DNA of 64,000 nucleotides from Candidatus Udaeobacter sp. (GCA_035473115.1 DATION010000005.1:86339-150338), one strand, 5' to 3'; positions 1 to 8,248 are shown, counted from the stretch's first letter. Notes: generated by a model from the sequence alone, not told the origin. Numbers and translations: made by a program.

Positions 1-356
1 AACCTCCCGAGACATTGCCTGTTATAATTGACCGGGATCTAAAAGAATTTGGCCCCGGCTTGGACGAAACAAAGTTTGCCAAAAAAATAATTGAAGACGT
101 CCATCAGAACATAAAAGAAATAGACGCTCTAATCAGCAAATACGCCCCGCAGTGGCCGATTGAACAAATCACTATCATTGATCGTAATGTTTTAAGAATT
201 GGCATTTACGAATTAAAATTCAATCAAGAGGTTCCGCCCAAGGTAGCCATAAACGAAGCCATTGAATTGGCCAAAAACTTTGGCGGGCCAGCTTCAGGAA
301 AATTCATCAACGGAGTTTTGGGTGCCATTTATAAAGACATGTTAAAACCGGAATAA
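1..356 (+). CDS. nusB: Transcription antitermination factor NusB, 5' truncated by the window edge (frame open to position 3)
   Basis: 113-aa track ORF with NusB-like C-terminal region (LRIGIYEL...[10 protein letters not shown]). The frame is open upstream of the TTG at 15 to the window start. Confidence 0.8.
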   Translation, partial: PPETLPVIIDRDLKEFGPGLDETKFAKKIIEDVHQNIKEIDALISKYAPQWPIEQITIIDRNVLRIGIYELKFNQEVPPKVAINEAIELAKNFGGPASGKFINGVLGAIYKDMLKPE

Positions 357-361
357 AGCCT

Positions 362-1135
362 ATGACAAAAAGTATTTTAAATATAGAGGAAGTAAAAGAA
401 AAAAATTTCCCTGATCTGCAAGAAAAATTGGGAATAAAATTTAAGGAACCAAAACATCTGGTTCAAGCTTTTGTGCACCGTTCTTATTTAAATGAACACC
501 ATGATTTTATTTTGGGACACAACGAACGTCTGGAATTTTTGGGCGACGCGGTTTTAGAATTAATCGTCACCGAATTTCTTTTTCAAGAATATGGCAACCC
601 GGAAGGCGAGCTTACCAACTGGCGCGCGGCGCTAGTAAATGCCAAAATCTTGGCCAGTATTGCCTATGAAATTGGCATGGAAGAATACCTGTTCCTGAGT
701 CATGGCGAAGCCAAAGATGCCGGCACTAAAGCCAGGGATTACATTATGGCCAATGCCATCGAAGCTTTAATCGGTTCTATTTATATCGACCGAGGCTATG
801 AAATAACTCAGCAATTTATTGCCCGCTGGATTTTACCAAAATTGCCTTACATTTTAGAAAACGGCTTATACTTAGATTCCAAGAGTCGCTTTCAAGAATC
901 AGCTCAAGAAATACTTGGCATCACTCCAACTTATAAAGTACTGCAAGAAGAAGGCCCTGATCATATCAAATCATTTAAAGTTGGCGTTTATCTTGATAAA
1001 GAGTTAATCGCCAGCGGTGAAGGCACCAGCAAGCAGGAAGCGCAAACTGAAGCGGCTGAAGCAGCTGTAAAAATTAAAGGCTGGAAAGGACCAAAAATTG
1101 ATATTATCAAAAGAAAGCCCGGAGACCCGATTTAA
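362..1135 (+). CDS. rnc: Ribonuclease III
   Basis: RNase III catalytic signature HRSY...NERLEFLGDAVLELIVTEFLF plus a C-terminal dsRBD-like region. The classic nusB-rnc neighbourhood is present. Confidence 0.92.
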   Translation: MTKSILNIEEVKEKNFPDLQEKLGIKFKEPKHLVQAFVHRSYLNEHHDFILGHNERLEFLGDAVLELIVTEFLFQEYGNPEGELTNWRAALVNAKILASIAYEIGMEEYLFLSHGEAKDAGTKARDYIMANAIEALIGSIYIDRGYEITQQFIARWILPKLPYILENGLYLDSKSRFQESAQEILGITPTYKVLQEEGPDHIKSFKVGVYLDKELIASGEGTSKQEAQTEAAEAAVKIKGWKGPKIDIIKRKPGDPI

Positions 1136-1230
1136 TTACCGCGGGTCGCTAGCTCCCGCCTCTCGGTCCACCGCACAACCATTCGGCGCTGTGGCACCAG
1201 CAACGCCGGCGGGCAGGCAGCTTACAGCTT
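1136..1230. repeat. GC-rich intergenic structured element containing a 13-nt copy of the tRNA-Lys 5' end (gggtcgctagctc at 1143-1155)
   Basis: About 65% GC stretch in an AT-rich background. Contains the gcggg...cccgc hairpin and a CCACCGCAC core resembling the 12384/12834 repeats. Read directly from the sequence. Confidence 0.4.
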
Positions 1231-1305
1231 TCGCTAGCTATAAATATCAATAAAATTTTTCGTAATTTCTATAATCTGCTAATCTTACTTTACACATAAC
1301 AATTC

Positions 1306-1378
1306 GGGTCGCTAGCTCAGCTGGTAGAGCAGATCCCTCTTAAGGATAAGGTCCTGGGTTCGACCCCCAGGCGACCCA
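1306..1378 (+). tRNA. tRNA-Lys (anticodon CTT)
   Basis: Cloverleaf with anticodon stem GATCC/GGATA and loop CTCTTAA, T-arm CTGGG-TTCGACC-CCCAG, acceptor GGGTCGC/GCGACCC. Confidence 0.85.
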
Positions 1379-1397
1379 CAAATACTGGCAATAACAC

Positions 1398-1442
1398 CAA
1401 AAAAAATAACCCTGCCTTTCATAAAAGGTGGGGTTATTTTTT
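1398..1442 (+). terminator. Rho-independent terminator after tRNA-Lys
   Basis: aaaataaccc...gggttatttttt hairpin followed by a T-run. Confidence 0.5.
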
Positions 1443-1454
1443 AAACACTTAGAG

Positions 1455-1483
1455 TTGAAATTTTCTTTATTAAATGATATATT
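1455..1483 (+). promoter_or_regulatory. Candidate sigma70-type promoter for tRNA-Arg (TTGAAA-17-TATATT)
   Basis: Hexamers read directly from the sequence, about 50 nt upstream of the tRNA 5' end. Confidence 0.4.
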
Positions 1484-1537
1484 TACCCTGCTAAACTAAC
1501 AAATTAGCTCACCTTTAGCAAGGTTGAGAAAACCTAA

Positions 1538-1612
1538 GCCCCTATAGTTTAATGGATAGAATATCAGGCTTCGAACCTGAAGATGGGAGTTCGATTCTCT
1601 CTGGGGGCACCA
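1538..1612 (+). tRNA. tRNA-Arg (anticodon TCG), CCA encoded
   Basis: Anticodon arm TCAGG-CTTCGAA-CCTGA, T-arm GGGAG-TTCGATT-CTCTC, acceptor GCCCCTA/TGGGGGC with one G-U pair, and a 3' ACCA. Confidence 0.8.
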
Positions 1613-1690
1613 CGCTGAGCGTGGTGCTTGGGGGCGCTTAGCGCCCCACGACACCAAGAAGCATCGTAAATGGCACGCTTAGCGTGCCAC
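1608..1690 (+). repeat. Three tandem GC-clamp hairpins with gc-TNA-gc centres
   Basis: The three hairpins are caccacgc-TGA-gcgtggtg, ggggcgc-TTA-gcgcccc and tggcacgc-TTA-gcgtgcca. They lie between tRNA-Arg and the ATPase start, and none is followed by a T-run. Confidence 0.6.
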
Positions 1691-1719
1691 CATACGATAC
1701 TAGAGTACTCAAATCAAAT

Positions 1720-4404
1720 ATGGAAAACCAATCATCTTGGCACTCAAAAACAATTCCTGAAGTTCTCGAGGCTATATTGTCGCGCGAACAAGGACTAACC
1801 AACCAAGAAGCAAAAAAACGTTTGCAAGAACACGGCTTAAACAAACTCCCCGAAAGCAAAGAAGACAGCTTATGCACTATTTTTTTACGGCAATTCCAGA
1901 GTCCTCTCATTTATATCCTGCTGCTTTCCTCAATAGTTGTTTTATTATTAGGCGAAAAAATTGACGCTATCATAATAATGATTGTTCTAGTTTTTAACGC
2001 TATTATCGGCGCGATCCAAGAAGGAAAAGCACAAAATACTCTGCGAGCTTTAAAACAGTTTGCCGAGACTTCTGCGACCGTAATTCGAGATGGTAAAGAA
2101 ATAATAATCAAAGACACCGAGGTAGTATTGGGAGATATTATACTTTTACAGGAAGGAGAAAAAGTTCCGGCCGATGCCAGAATTATTTTTGCCAACACTT
2201 TAAAAATTGACGAAGCTAGCTTGACCGGAGAATCTGAGCCAGTGGTTAAAACTAATAATATTTTATCGGACAAATCTTTGCTGATTACTGATCAGAAAAA
2301 TATTCTTTTTAAAGGAACTAATATTTTGAGTGGCAATGGCACAGCTGTAGTTGTAGCTACCGGACTAAACACAGAAATTGGCAAGATTGCCCAAAAAATA
2401 ACTGCCATTGATACGGAAATCCCTTTAAAAAAAGAGATTCACAACCTATCCCAGCTTATTATAATAATTGTTCTAGTCATTAATATTTTCTTGATAACTA
2501 CCGGCGTTCTATTTGGAAACTCTCTAAAAGAAATGTTCATTCTGGCAGTAGCTGTGGCAATCTCTGTTATCCCTGAAGGGTTACCCATAGTGGTGACTCT
2601 CGTCTTGGCGACAGGGGTATGGAGAATGTCTAAGCATGGAGTCTTGGTTAAAAGACTGCAGGCAGTAGAAGCTCTGGGTCAAACTAAAATAATTGCGGTA
2701 GATAAAACCGGCACTCTAACCAAAAATGAAATGGTCGTTGAAGAAGCATATACTGATGGTAAATTTTTTAAAATTACCGGCAATGGCTACGAACCAAAAG
2801 GAGAAATTTTTCTTGATGGAGAAATCATTAATCCAGCCAACCATCCCGAACTTACACTCAGCGGCAAAATAGCCGCTTTTTGCGTCAATGCCAAAATATC
2901 ATCTACAGAAGAAACAAATACTTGGAAAGTAAGCGGCGATCCGACCGAAGCTGCTCTGTTAGTATTTTCAGAAAAAATCGGTTTTAACCGAGAAATTACC
3001 GACCAGGAAACACCAAAAATATTGGAGCTGCCGTTTAATTATCAAAATAAATATCACGCCACTATCCGAAGCGCAAACGGCAAAAATTTTCTCTCTGTTA
3101 CCGGAGCGCCGGAAAAAATACTTGAACTATGTAAAAATATTCAACATGAAAATAAAATTGAAATTTTAAATGCAGACAAAAAAACAGAGTTGGAATCTAT
3201 TTTTAATAAGATGGCAGCTAGCGGTTTAAGAGTGGTAGCTTGCGCGGCTAATCCTGATATTGACACAACTGCTTTTGATCCAGATAACTTGCCTTCTCTA
3301 TCTTTTATCGGCTTTTTCGGCATAAAAGATGCGCTTCGTTCTGAAGTAAAAGAAGCGGTACAGATAGTAAAATCAGCTCATATCCGACCGATTATGATCA
3401 CCGGCGACCATCGCCTGACTGCTTTAACTATTGCCAGAGAAGCCGGCATATATACCGACGGAGATTTAATTATTAGCGGCGCAGAAATTGATGCTATGTC
3501 TGATTCAGAATTGGCAAAAAAATTGGCGCGCGCCACTGTGTTTAACCGAGTCACACCCGACCATAAACTGCGCATAATTTTGGCCTACCGTAAACGCGGT
3601 GAAATAATAGCTATGACCGGAGACGGAATAAATGATGCGCCATCTTTGGTGGCCGCTGATTTGGGTGTAGCTATGGGAAAAATCGGCACCGAAGTAGCCA
3701 AAGAAGCTGCTGATATCGTGCTTACCGATGACAACTTTAGCAATATTGTCTTGGCTGCGGAAGAAGGCCGTAATATTTATAAAACGATAAAAAAAGTAAT
3801 TCTCTATCTTTTTTCCACAAACTTAGGCGAAGTGCTGACAATTTCTTGCGCCTTACTACTAAGTTTCCCAGCTCCTCTATTGCCAACGCATATTATCTGG
3901 TTAAATTTTATTACGGATGGGTTTCTGGATGTATCTCTGGCGATGGAGCCAAAAGAAAAAAATCTTTTACAAAATAATTTTGCCCAACCGAAAAAATATC
4001 TGGTTGATAAATTAATGCTGCAAAGAATACTGCTGATGGCCGTTCCGATGACTATCGGTACGCTTTATCTTTTTAAATTATATGCAACGGTTGATATCAC
4101 CAAAGCCTGGACAATCTCTCTTACCACTCTGGCCATATTTCAATGGTTTAACGCTTGGAACTGCCGACATGAAAGCAGATCTATCTTCCGGATGGGTATT
4201 TTATCCAATAAATATCTGGCTATTGGCACAATACTAGTTTTTTGTTTACAGATGTTTGTAATTTATAATCCGTTCATGCAAAAATTTATGCATACAACCT
4301 CGCTCACAATTTCGGAATGGTTAATCATTACTCTCGTCGCTACTTCTGTTATCTGGGTCGAAGAAATACGAAAATTTTTTCATCGAAAAACTTCTAAAAT
4401 ATAG
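1720..4404 (+). CDS. P-type (P2-like) cation-transporting ATPase, possibly Ca2+/Mg2+
   Basis: DKTGTLT phosphorylation motif, PEGLP in TM4, MITGDH and TGDGINDAP motifs. The ATG at 1720 is preferred over the track GTG at 1684, which lies inside the third hairpin. Confidence 0.9.
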   Translation: MENQSSWHSKTIPEVLEAILSREQGLTNQEAKKRLQEHGLNKLPESKEDSLCTIFLRQFQSPLIYILLLSSIVVLLLGEKIDAIIIMIVLVFNAIIGAIQEGKAQNTLRALKQFAETSATVIRDGKEIIIKDTEVVLGDIILLQEGEKVPADARIIFANTLKIDEASLTGESEPVVKTNNILSDKSLLITDQKNILFKGTNILSGNGTAVVVATGLNTEIGKIAQKITAIDTEIPLKKEIHNLSQLIIIIVLVINIFLITTGVLFGNSLKEMFILAVAVAISVIPEGLPIVVTLVLATGVWRMSKHGVLVKRLQAVEALGQTKIIAVDKTGTLTKNEMVVEEAYTDGKFFKITGNGYEPKGEIFLDGEIINPANHPELTLSGKIAAFCVNAKISSTEETNTWKVSGDPTEAALLVFSEKIGFNREITDQETPKILELPFNYQNKYHATIRSANGKNFLSVTGAPEKILELCKNIQHENKIEILNADKKTELESIFNKMAASGLRVVACAANPDIDTTAFDPDNLPSLSFIGFFGIKDALRSEVKEAVQIVKSAHIRPIMITGDHRLTALTIAREAGIYTDGDLIISGAEIDAMSDSELAKKLARATVFNRVTPDHKLRIILAYRKRGEIIAMTGDGINDAPSLVAADLGVAMGKIGTEVAKEAADIVLTDDNFSNIVLAAEEGRNIYKTIKKVILYLFSTNLGEVLTISCALLLSFPAPLLPTHIIWLNFITDGFLDVSLAMEPKEKNLLQNNFAQPKKYLVDKLMLQRILLMAVPMTIGTLYLFKLYATVDITKAWTISLTTLAIFQWFNAWNCRHESRSIFRMGILSNKYLAIGTILVFCLQMFVIYNPFMQKFMHTTSLTISEWLIITLVATSVIWVEEIRKFFHRKTSKI

Positions 4405-4427
4405 CCCCTACCAATTTTTGGCCTGGA

Positions 4428-4456
4428 TTGACAAACAGGCCAAAAAGGAGTATAAT
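4428..4456 (+). promoter_or_regulatory. Perfect consensus sigma70 promoter TTGACA-17-TATAAT whose -35 is embedded in the palindrome ggcctg...caggcc
   Basis: TTGACA at 4428-4433, a 17-nt spacer, TATAAT at 4451-4456. The 6-bp inverted repeat GGCCTG/CAGGCC brackets the -35. Confidence 0.6.
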
Positions 4457-4523
4457 TTTGTATTAGATTAATAGTTACCCACCCCAGATGGTTAGCCAAA
4501 ACGACCCCCTAGGGGAGGTAAAT

Positions 4524-4661
4524 ATGGATAAGGAGATGCGTCGCCTTTTGGCGACTGCACTTGTTGCTATGGCACTAGTGATGGGTATGGCCTTGAGCCA
4601 TTGTGGTGAGAGAAACTATAACCCACACGACCAACGACACGCTACCAAAGGAGGCCAATAA
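4524..4661 (+). CDS. Small (45 aa) secreted or lipoprotein-like peptide
   Basis: GGAGG SD at 4514-4518, 5 nt from the ATG. N-terminal signal-like MRRLLATALVAMALVMGMALSHC with a lipobox-like LSHC. Not in the ORF track because it is under 60 aa. GC-rich. Confidence 0.45.
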   Translation: MDKEMRRLLATALVAMALVMGMALSHCGERNYNPHDQRHATKGGQ

Positions 4662-4774
4662 TGATGAACACCGAGAAAATCGCCCGAGTCGATCGGAACC
4701 CCAACCCTTACAGTATCGCTGGAATAGGAGCGGTCCTGCTCCTGATCGGCATACTGCGCCTGATCGTTGGCTAG
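4661..4774 (+). CDS. Small (37 aa) single-TM peptide, translationally coupled to the upstream micro-ORF (TAATG overlap)
   Basis: GGAGG SD at 4650-4654. Sequence is MMNTEKIARVDRNPNPYSIAGIGAVLLLIGILRLIVG. Its ATG overlaps the stop of the preceding ORF. Confidence 0.45.
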   Translation: MMNTEKIARVDRNPNPYSIAGIGAVLLLIGILRLIVG

Positions 4775-4892
4775 CCTAGCGAACAAAATCGCTGGACTGG
4801 CGCAACAACAAACAGCTCTTTCCCGACCAGCATGCGTGGAAGCGCCCGCTCGACACTTCCACGAACACACAGCCCGCATACAGTTCGAGCCA

Positions 4893-4930
4893 AAACAAAA
4901 AACCCAGATTTATATCGGGGTTTTTTGTTT
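4893..4930. terminator. Bidirectional Rho-independent terminator between convergent genes
   Basis: aaaaaaccc-N12-gggtttttt hairpin flanked by A-run and T-run. Sits between the micro-ORF pair (+) and the 4947..6722 gene (-). Confidence 0.55.
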
Positions 4931-4946
4931 TTATTACCTAGAAAAA

Positions 4947-6722
4947 TTACTCTTCGTACCCCTTAGCAACAAAAGGAAGCATGGCAAGAGTCCTGCGATC
5001 CGGACCGGTTAAAACCCATACTGGTACTAAACGCCCATCAAGCAAAGCTTCCGTAGATTTTTGACCGGGTTTATATAAACTTATCGCTCTCTGTCTCAAT
5101 TCATTAATTTTTCTTGCAACCTTCAAAGGAATATTAGAAACTTTTCCTTCCAAATAAGCATCAAACTCCTGCTCGCTCATACTCATCCAATTTTTTTCTG
5201 CCAAATCAGACCAATCAGCTAATTGCAGTTTTTGCAAAACTAGCGGATCTGGTGAAATTTCAAGCCGTTCAAATAAAATAATCGGGATAGGGTTATTTAC
5301 ATAATCTTCCTTTTTACCACCATATAGCGATTCAACGGCTTTCTTTTCAGTTGCGGACATTCTACCGCCACGACGATTCCCTTGAATCAAACCTTTGGCT
5401 AAATTAATATCTCCGGAAAGATCTGGATTTGCTGGATTAAGAGAAAAAGATCGAGCTCGATCAAACGGCCCTTTTTCACTTAAAGTAACAACTACCACAC
5501 TCTCATCATGCTTCTCATAAGCATACTCCCTTGGCGAACCGTCTTGGTTATAATTATGTAAAAAAGCATTATAAGCATTAGCTAGAAGCAATACTGCTCT
5601 TTGCTCAATCTGTTTTTCTCTTTCTTGATCAGTTAAGCCAACAAGCTCTTTAGAAAAAACCTGTTCTAATTTTTCCTTCACGATAGGCAAAGCTTCTTTG
5701 CTCATTGCTTTTATTTTATTCCAAAAATTGGCAGTGCTATTAACATAATCTGTTTCATAATTAATAGCAAAATAATTTTTTAAAAACAGATCACGAAAAA
5801 CATTATCGGCAAGTTCTTTGGCATAAATTATCTTGCCCTCTTCTACCAAAGAATTGATATTATTTTCAGTAAAACCTTCCGCTGTTACTCTAGGGTCATG
5901 ATCTAAACAATCCGCTTTTTCTAAACCCATATACATGTAGCCGCTGTGGGGATCAAATGATGTTTGCAAAACTACAACTTTTTTTTCTCCGGCATATTTA
6001 TTTCCAACATATTTTTGTAAAGCCACAGCCATATCTCTTTTTCTTCTCACATCATCAGACAATCCTTTGTCAGGAACTGCTCCGCCTTTTTTTTCTTCAG
6101 CTGCTAAATTACGCGCCGCGCAGCCTACGTGACTATCAAGAACCTCACAAACCTCATCCTGTGATTTCAAAACTTCATCAACAACATTGCTTATCTGTCC
6201 GTCTGCCAAAAAAAGACCTTTGCCGTGACGGCGAGGACGAAATTCACTGCTATCACCCGCCGGCATACGTAAAGCGTTTCCGTGTAAACCAGCAAACAAT
6301 TTAGATAGAACACGGCCATCAAGGCATAACAATAACTTTGGTACGCCATAAGGGAATAAACCGGTTTTTGTTTCGATAGCTTCCTGAACCTCGGACGAAG
6401 CAATCTCATCTAAACGATGGTCTCGAGAATAAATGAACTGGCATAACTTAAAATGCAGCATGGCTAATTTTTTATTTTCCTGCTCAGAGTTGTTTTGATC
6501 GCCACGTTCCCTATCAAGATTAGCTACTACACGAACATAGTTTTCTAATTGCTGCTCTAAACCTTCTCCGATTTCTGGTAACTCTAAATTATCAAGAACC
6601 TCAAAGTATGGCTCTTTATTTTTACTGGCAGCGGCTTTGTCTTTCATATATTGATTATCTAAACTAATTGCGTTTAAACCCAAGCTCTTATCATGCAAAT
6701 TATGACCATTTTCTAAAGACAT
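4947..6722 (-). CDS. Hypothetical 591-aa protein with a beta-carbonic-anhydrase-like metal-site motif (C133-L-D135-G-R137 ... H198-V-G-C201)
   Basis: CxDxR and HxxC motifs at beta-CA-like spacing, read from the translation. About 50% GC versus about 37% background. Confidence 0.4.
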   Translation of the reverse strand: MSLENGHNLHDKSLGLNAISLDNQYMKDKAAASKNKEPYFEVLDNLELPEIGEGLEQQLENYVRVVANLDRERGDQNNSEQENKKLAMLHFKLCQFIYSRDHRLDEIASSEVQEAIETKTGLFPYGVPKLLLCLDGRVLSKLFAGLHGNALRMPAGDSSEFRPRRHGKGLFLADGQISNVVDEVLKSQDEVCEVLDSHVGCAARNLAAEEKKGGAVPDKGLSDDVRRKRDMAVALQKYVGNKYAGEKKVVVLQTSFDPHSGYMYMGLEKADCLDHDPRVTAEGFTENNINSLVEEGKIIYAKELADNVFRDLFLKNYFAINYETDYVNSTANFWNKIKAMSKEALPIVKEKLEQVFSKELVGLTDQEREKQIEQRAVLLLANAYNAFLHNYNQDGSPREYAYEKHDESVVVVTLSEKGPFDRARSFSLNPANPDLSGDINLAKGLIQGNRRGGRMSATEKKAVESLYGGKKEDYVNNPIPIILFERLEISPDPLVLQKLQLADWSDLAEKNWMSMSEQEFDAYLEGKVSNIPLKVARKINELRQRAISLYKPGQKSTEALLDGRLVPVWVLTGPDRRTLAMLPFVAKGYEE

Positions 6723-6744
6723 ATTTTAGTGTTTATAATAGGCA

Positions 6745-6773
6745 ATTTTACCTATTACTAAGAAAAAAGTCAA
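6745..6773 (-). promoter_or_regulatory. Candidate promoter TTGACT-17-TAAAAT for the 4947..6722 gene
   Basis: Hexamers on the minus strand immediately upstream of the start codon. Confidence 0.35.
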
Positions 6774-6862
6774 TAAGTTAAAAAGGTGTTTTTTATTAAA
6801 CAAGCCTCATATCAATCACTTGATATGAGGCGGCCGACTGACGAGCTGTAGATACAGCTACA

Positions 6863-7882
6863 CTACTGACACTCCTCGAATCGGTGATCATCAAAACATA
6901 AGACACCGACACACGGATGAAAGAAATCACCCATGCTTGGTAGTTTTTTTCGTATATGCTTCATGGCGAACTCGGCAAGATAACGAGATGTCGAGATGGC
7001 TAAGCCGCGCTGATAAGCATGCCGATAACCAGTTGAAACTAACAATACTCCGCTCCCAACTATCCTACCTTGTTGCCAGTTATCTTCTATGATCTCAGCC
7101 GCCGTTACGATCGCACTATCCAAGTCAGGATCACAAGGTCCGATGACCAAAGCAAAGTTATTATTATTGAGCCAGCTAAAGCCTCGTCCAACGGCGAGAA
7201 CGCGTTCATTATGATGAAGATGAATCGGTTCTTTGCGAGTCTTATGCACATCAGCCATATGCTCCACATTGCCTCGGATGAGAGGCATCAAGTCCTCGCG
7301 CGTTCCTCCGGGGATATTAGGGAGCAACACTGAGAGCCTTCGACGTAAAGCGCTTTCACTTAGCCCTTCACACTCACTAACATCCAGAAAGGAATCGTCG
7401 GCACCATGGATAACCATCTTTTCGTCGTCTGTTTCAAGTCCGACCAAAAGTGTAGAGATAGTACCAGAACAAGCTCTGTCAACTTCAAGTTTAAATTCAA
7501 GAGCGGCCTGCTTGGCTGCTTGAGTATCAAAATTGAAACCAGCACATCCAAGCTCTCTATCACTCTTTGAATAATGATAGGTGATAATCAGAAGAGCTCG
7601 CCTCCCCTTACTCAGTACATAATTGTACCATTCGCTAATGGAACTATTCATCAACGGCCAGCCCAAGCAATATTTACCACCGATATTACGAAAGACCGTG
7701 AACAGACCAAACAGCGCTTTTACCCACCTGGGCAAATTTACCCTGCCATCCATACACATTGTTACTGCAATTTCTGTGGGGAATAACTGACGATACTCAG
7801 CCCGCTGTGGGCTTGTGAGCAAGAACTCCCTTGACCAGGCAAGGTTCATTTGGGTAATCTTTTCAATCAGAACATTGGGCAT
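6863..7882 (-). CDS. Hypothetical 339-aa protein, paralog-like to the 4947..6722 product (C43-M-D45-G-R47 ... H103 ... C113-A-G)
   Basis: Shares the hydrophobic-C-x-D-G-R-V...F/L-x-G-L block with the neighbouring gene. Residue positions closely match beta-CA Cys/Asp/Arg/His numbering. GGAGG SD 7 nt upstream of the ATG. Confidence 0.4.
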   Translation of the reverse strand: MPNVLIEKITQMNLAWSREFLLTSPQRAEYRQLFPTEIAVTMCMDGRVNLPRWVKALFGLFTVFRNIGGKYCLGWPLMNSSISEWYNYVLSKGRRALLIITYHYSKSDRELGCAGFNFDTQAAKQAALEFKLEVDRACSGTISTLLVGLETDDEKMVIHGADDSFLDVSECEGLSESALRRRLSVLLPNIPGGTREDLMPLIRGNVEHMADVHKTRKEPIHLHHNERVLAVGRGFSWLNNNNFALVIGPCDPDLDSAIVTAAEIIEDNWQQGRIVGSGVLLVSTGYRHAYQRGLAISTSRYLAEFAMKHIRKKLPSMGDFFHPCVGVLCFDDHRFEECQ

Positions 7883-7926
7883 GGAAATTCCTCCGATTTG
7901 GATTGCAGAAAAAAATGCTAAACAAT

Positions 7927-7956
7927 ATTATATGCCTATTTAAAGCAAAGAGTCAA
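7927..7956 (-). promoter_or_regulatory. Candidate promoter TTGACT-18-TATAAT for the 6863..7882 gene
   Basis: Hexamers on the minus strand, followed by a GGAGG SD at 7890-7894. Confidence 0.4.
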
Positions 7957-8170
7957 TACTCTCTAAAAAAATATTTAAGAAAATAAAATCACCTGTGCAT
8001 AACTTCTCACTTATCTATTCACAATTACAAAAAAACAATCTATAATAAATAGGTCGAGAGAAAATTTTACAGCAATGCTTGTCTTGTAAAAATTTCTTCC
8101 ATAATTTTTTTCTTTCCTCGCGAGTAGAAAAAAATTATTTTGAACTAAAAAATGAAAGGAGGTGCCAAAT

Positions 8171-8242
8171 ATGGCAGCCAAAAAAAGAAAAGCAGCAAAA
8201 AAGAAAACAACAAAAAGAAAAGCTACTAAGAAACGTAGATAG
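8171..8242 (+). CDS. 23-aa Lys/Arg-rich micro-protein (MAAKKRKAAKKKTTKRKATKKRR)
   Basis: Strong SD (aaaggaggtg) 8 nt upstream. It is immediately followed by the perfect hairpin terminator atctctcttcacagagagat plus a T-run at 8249-8282. Not in the ORF track because it is under 60 aa. Confidence 0.45.
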   Translation: MAAKKRKAAKKKTTKRKATKKRR

Positions 8243-8248
8243 CTTAAT

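Noticed and set aside
1638-2273. Minus-strand ORFs 1638..1910 and 1911..2273
   Set aside because: They are antisense within the start of the P-type ATPase gene and the hairpin region. They have no SD and no recognisable motifs.
4616-5012. Track ORFs 4616..4879 (-) and 4767..5012 (+)
   Set aside because: They overlap the two SD-driven micro-ORFs and the terminator. They are GC-rich shadow frames without start-site signals.
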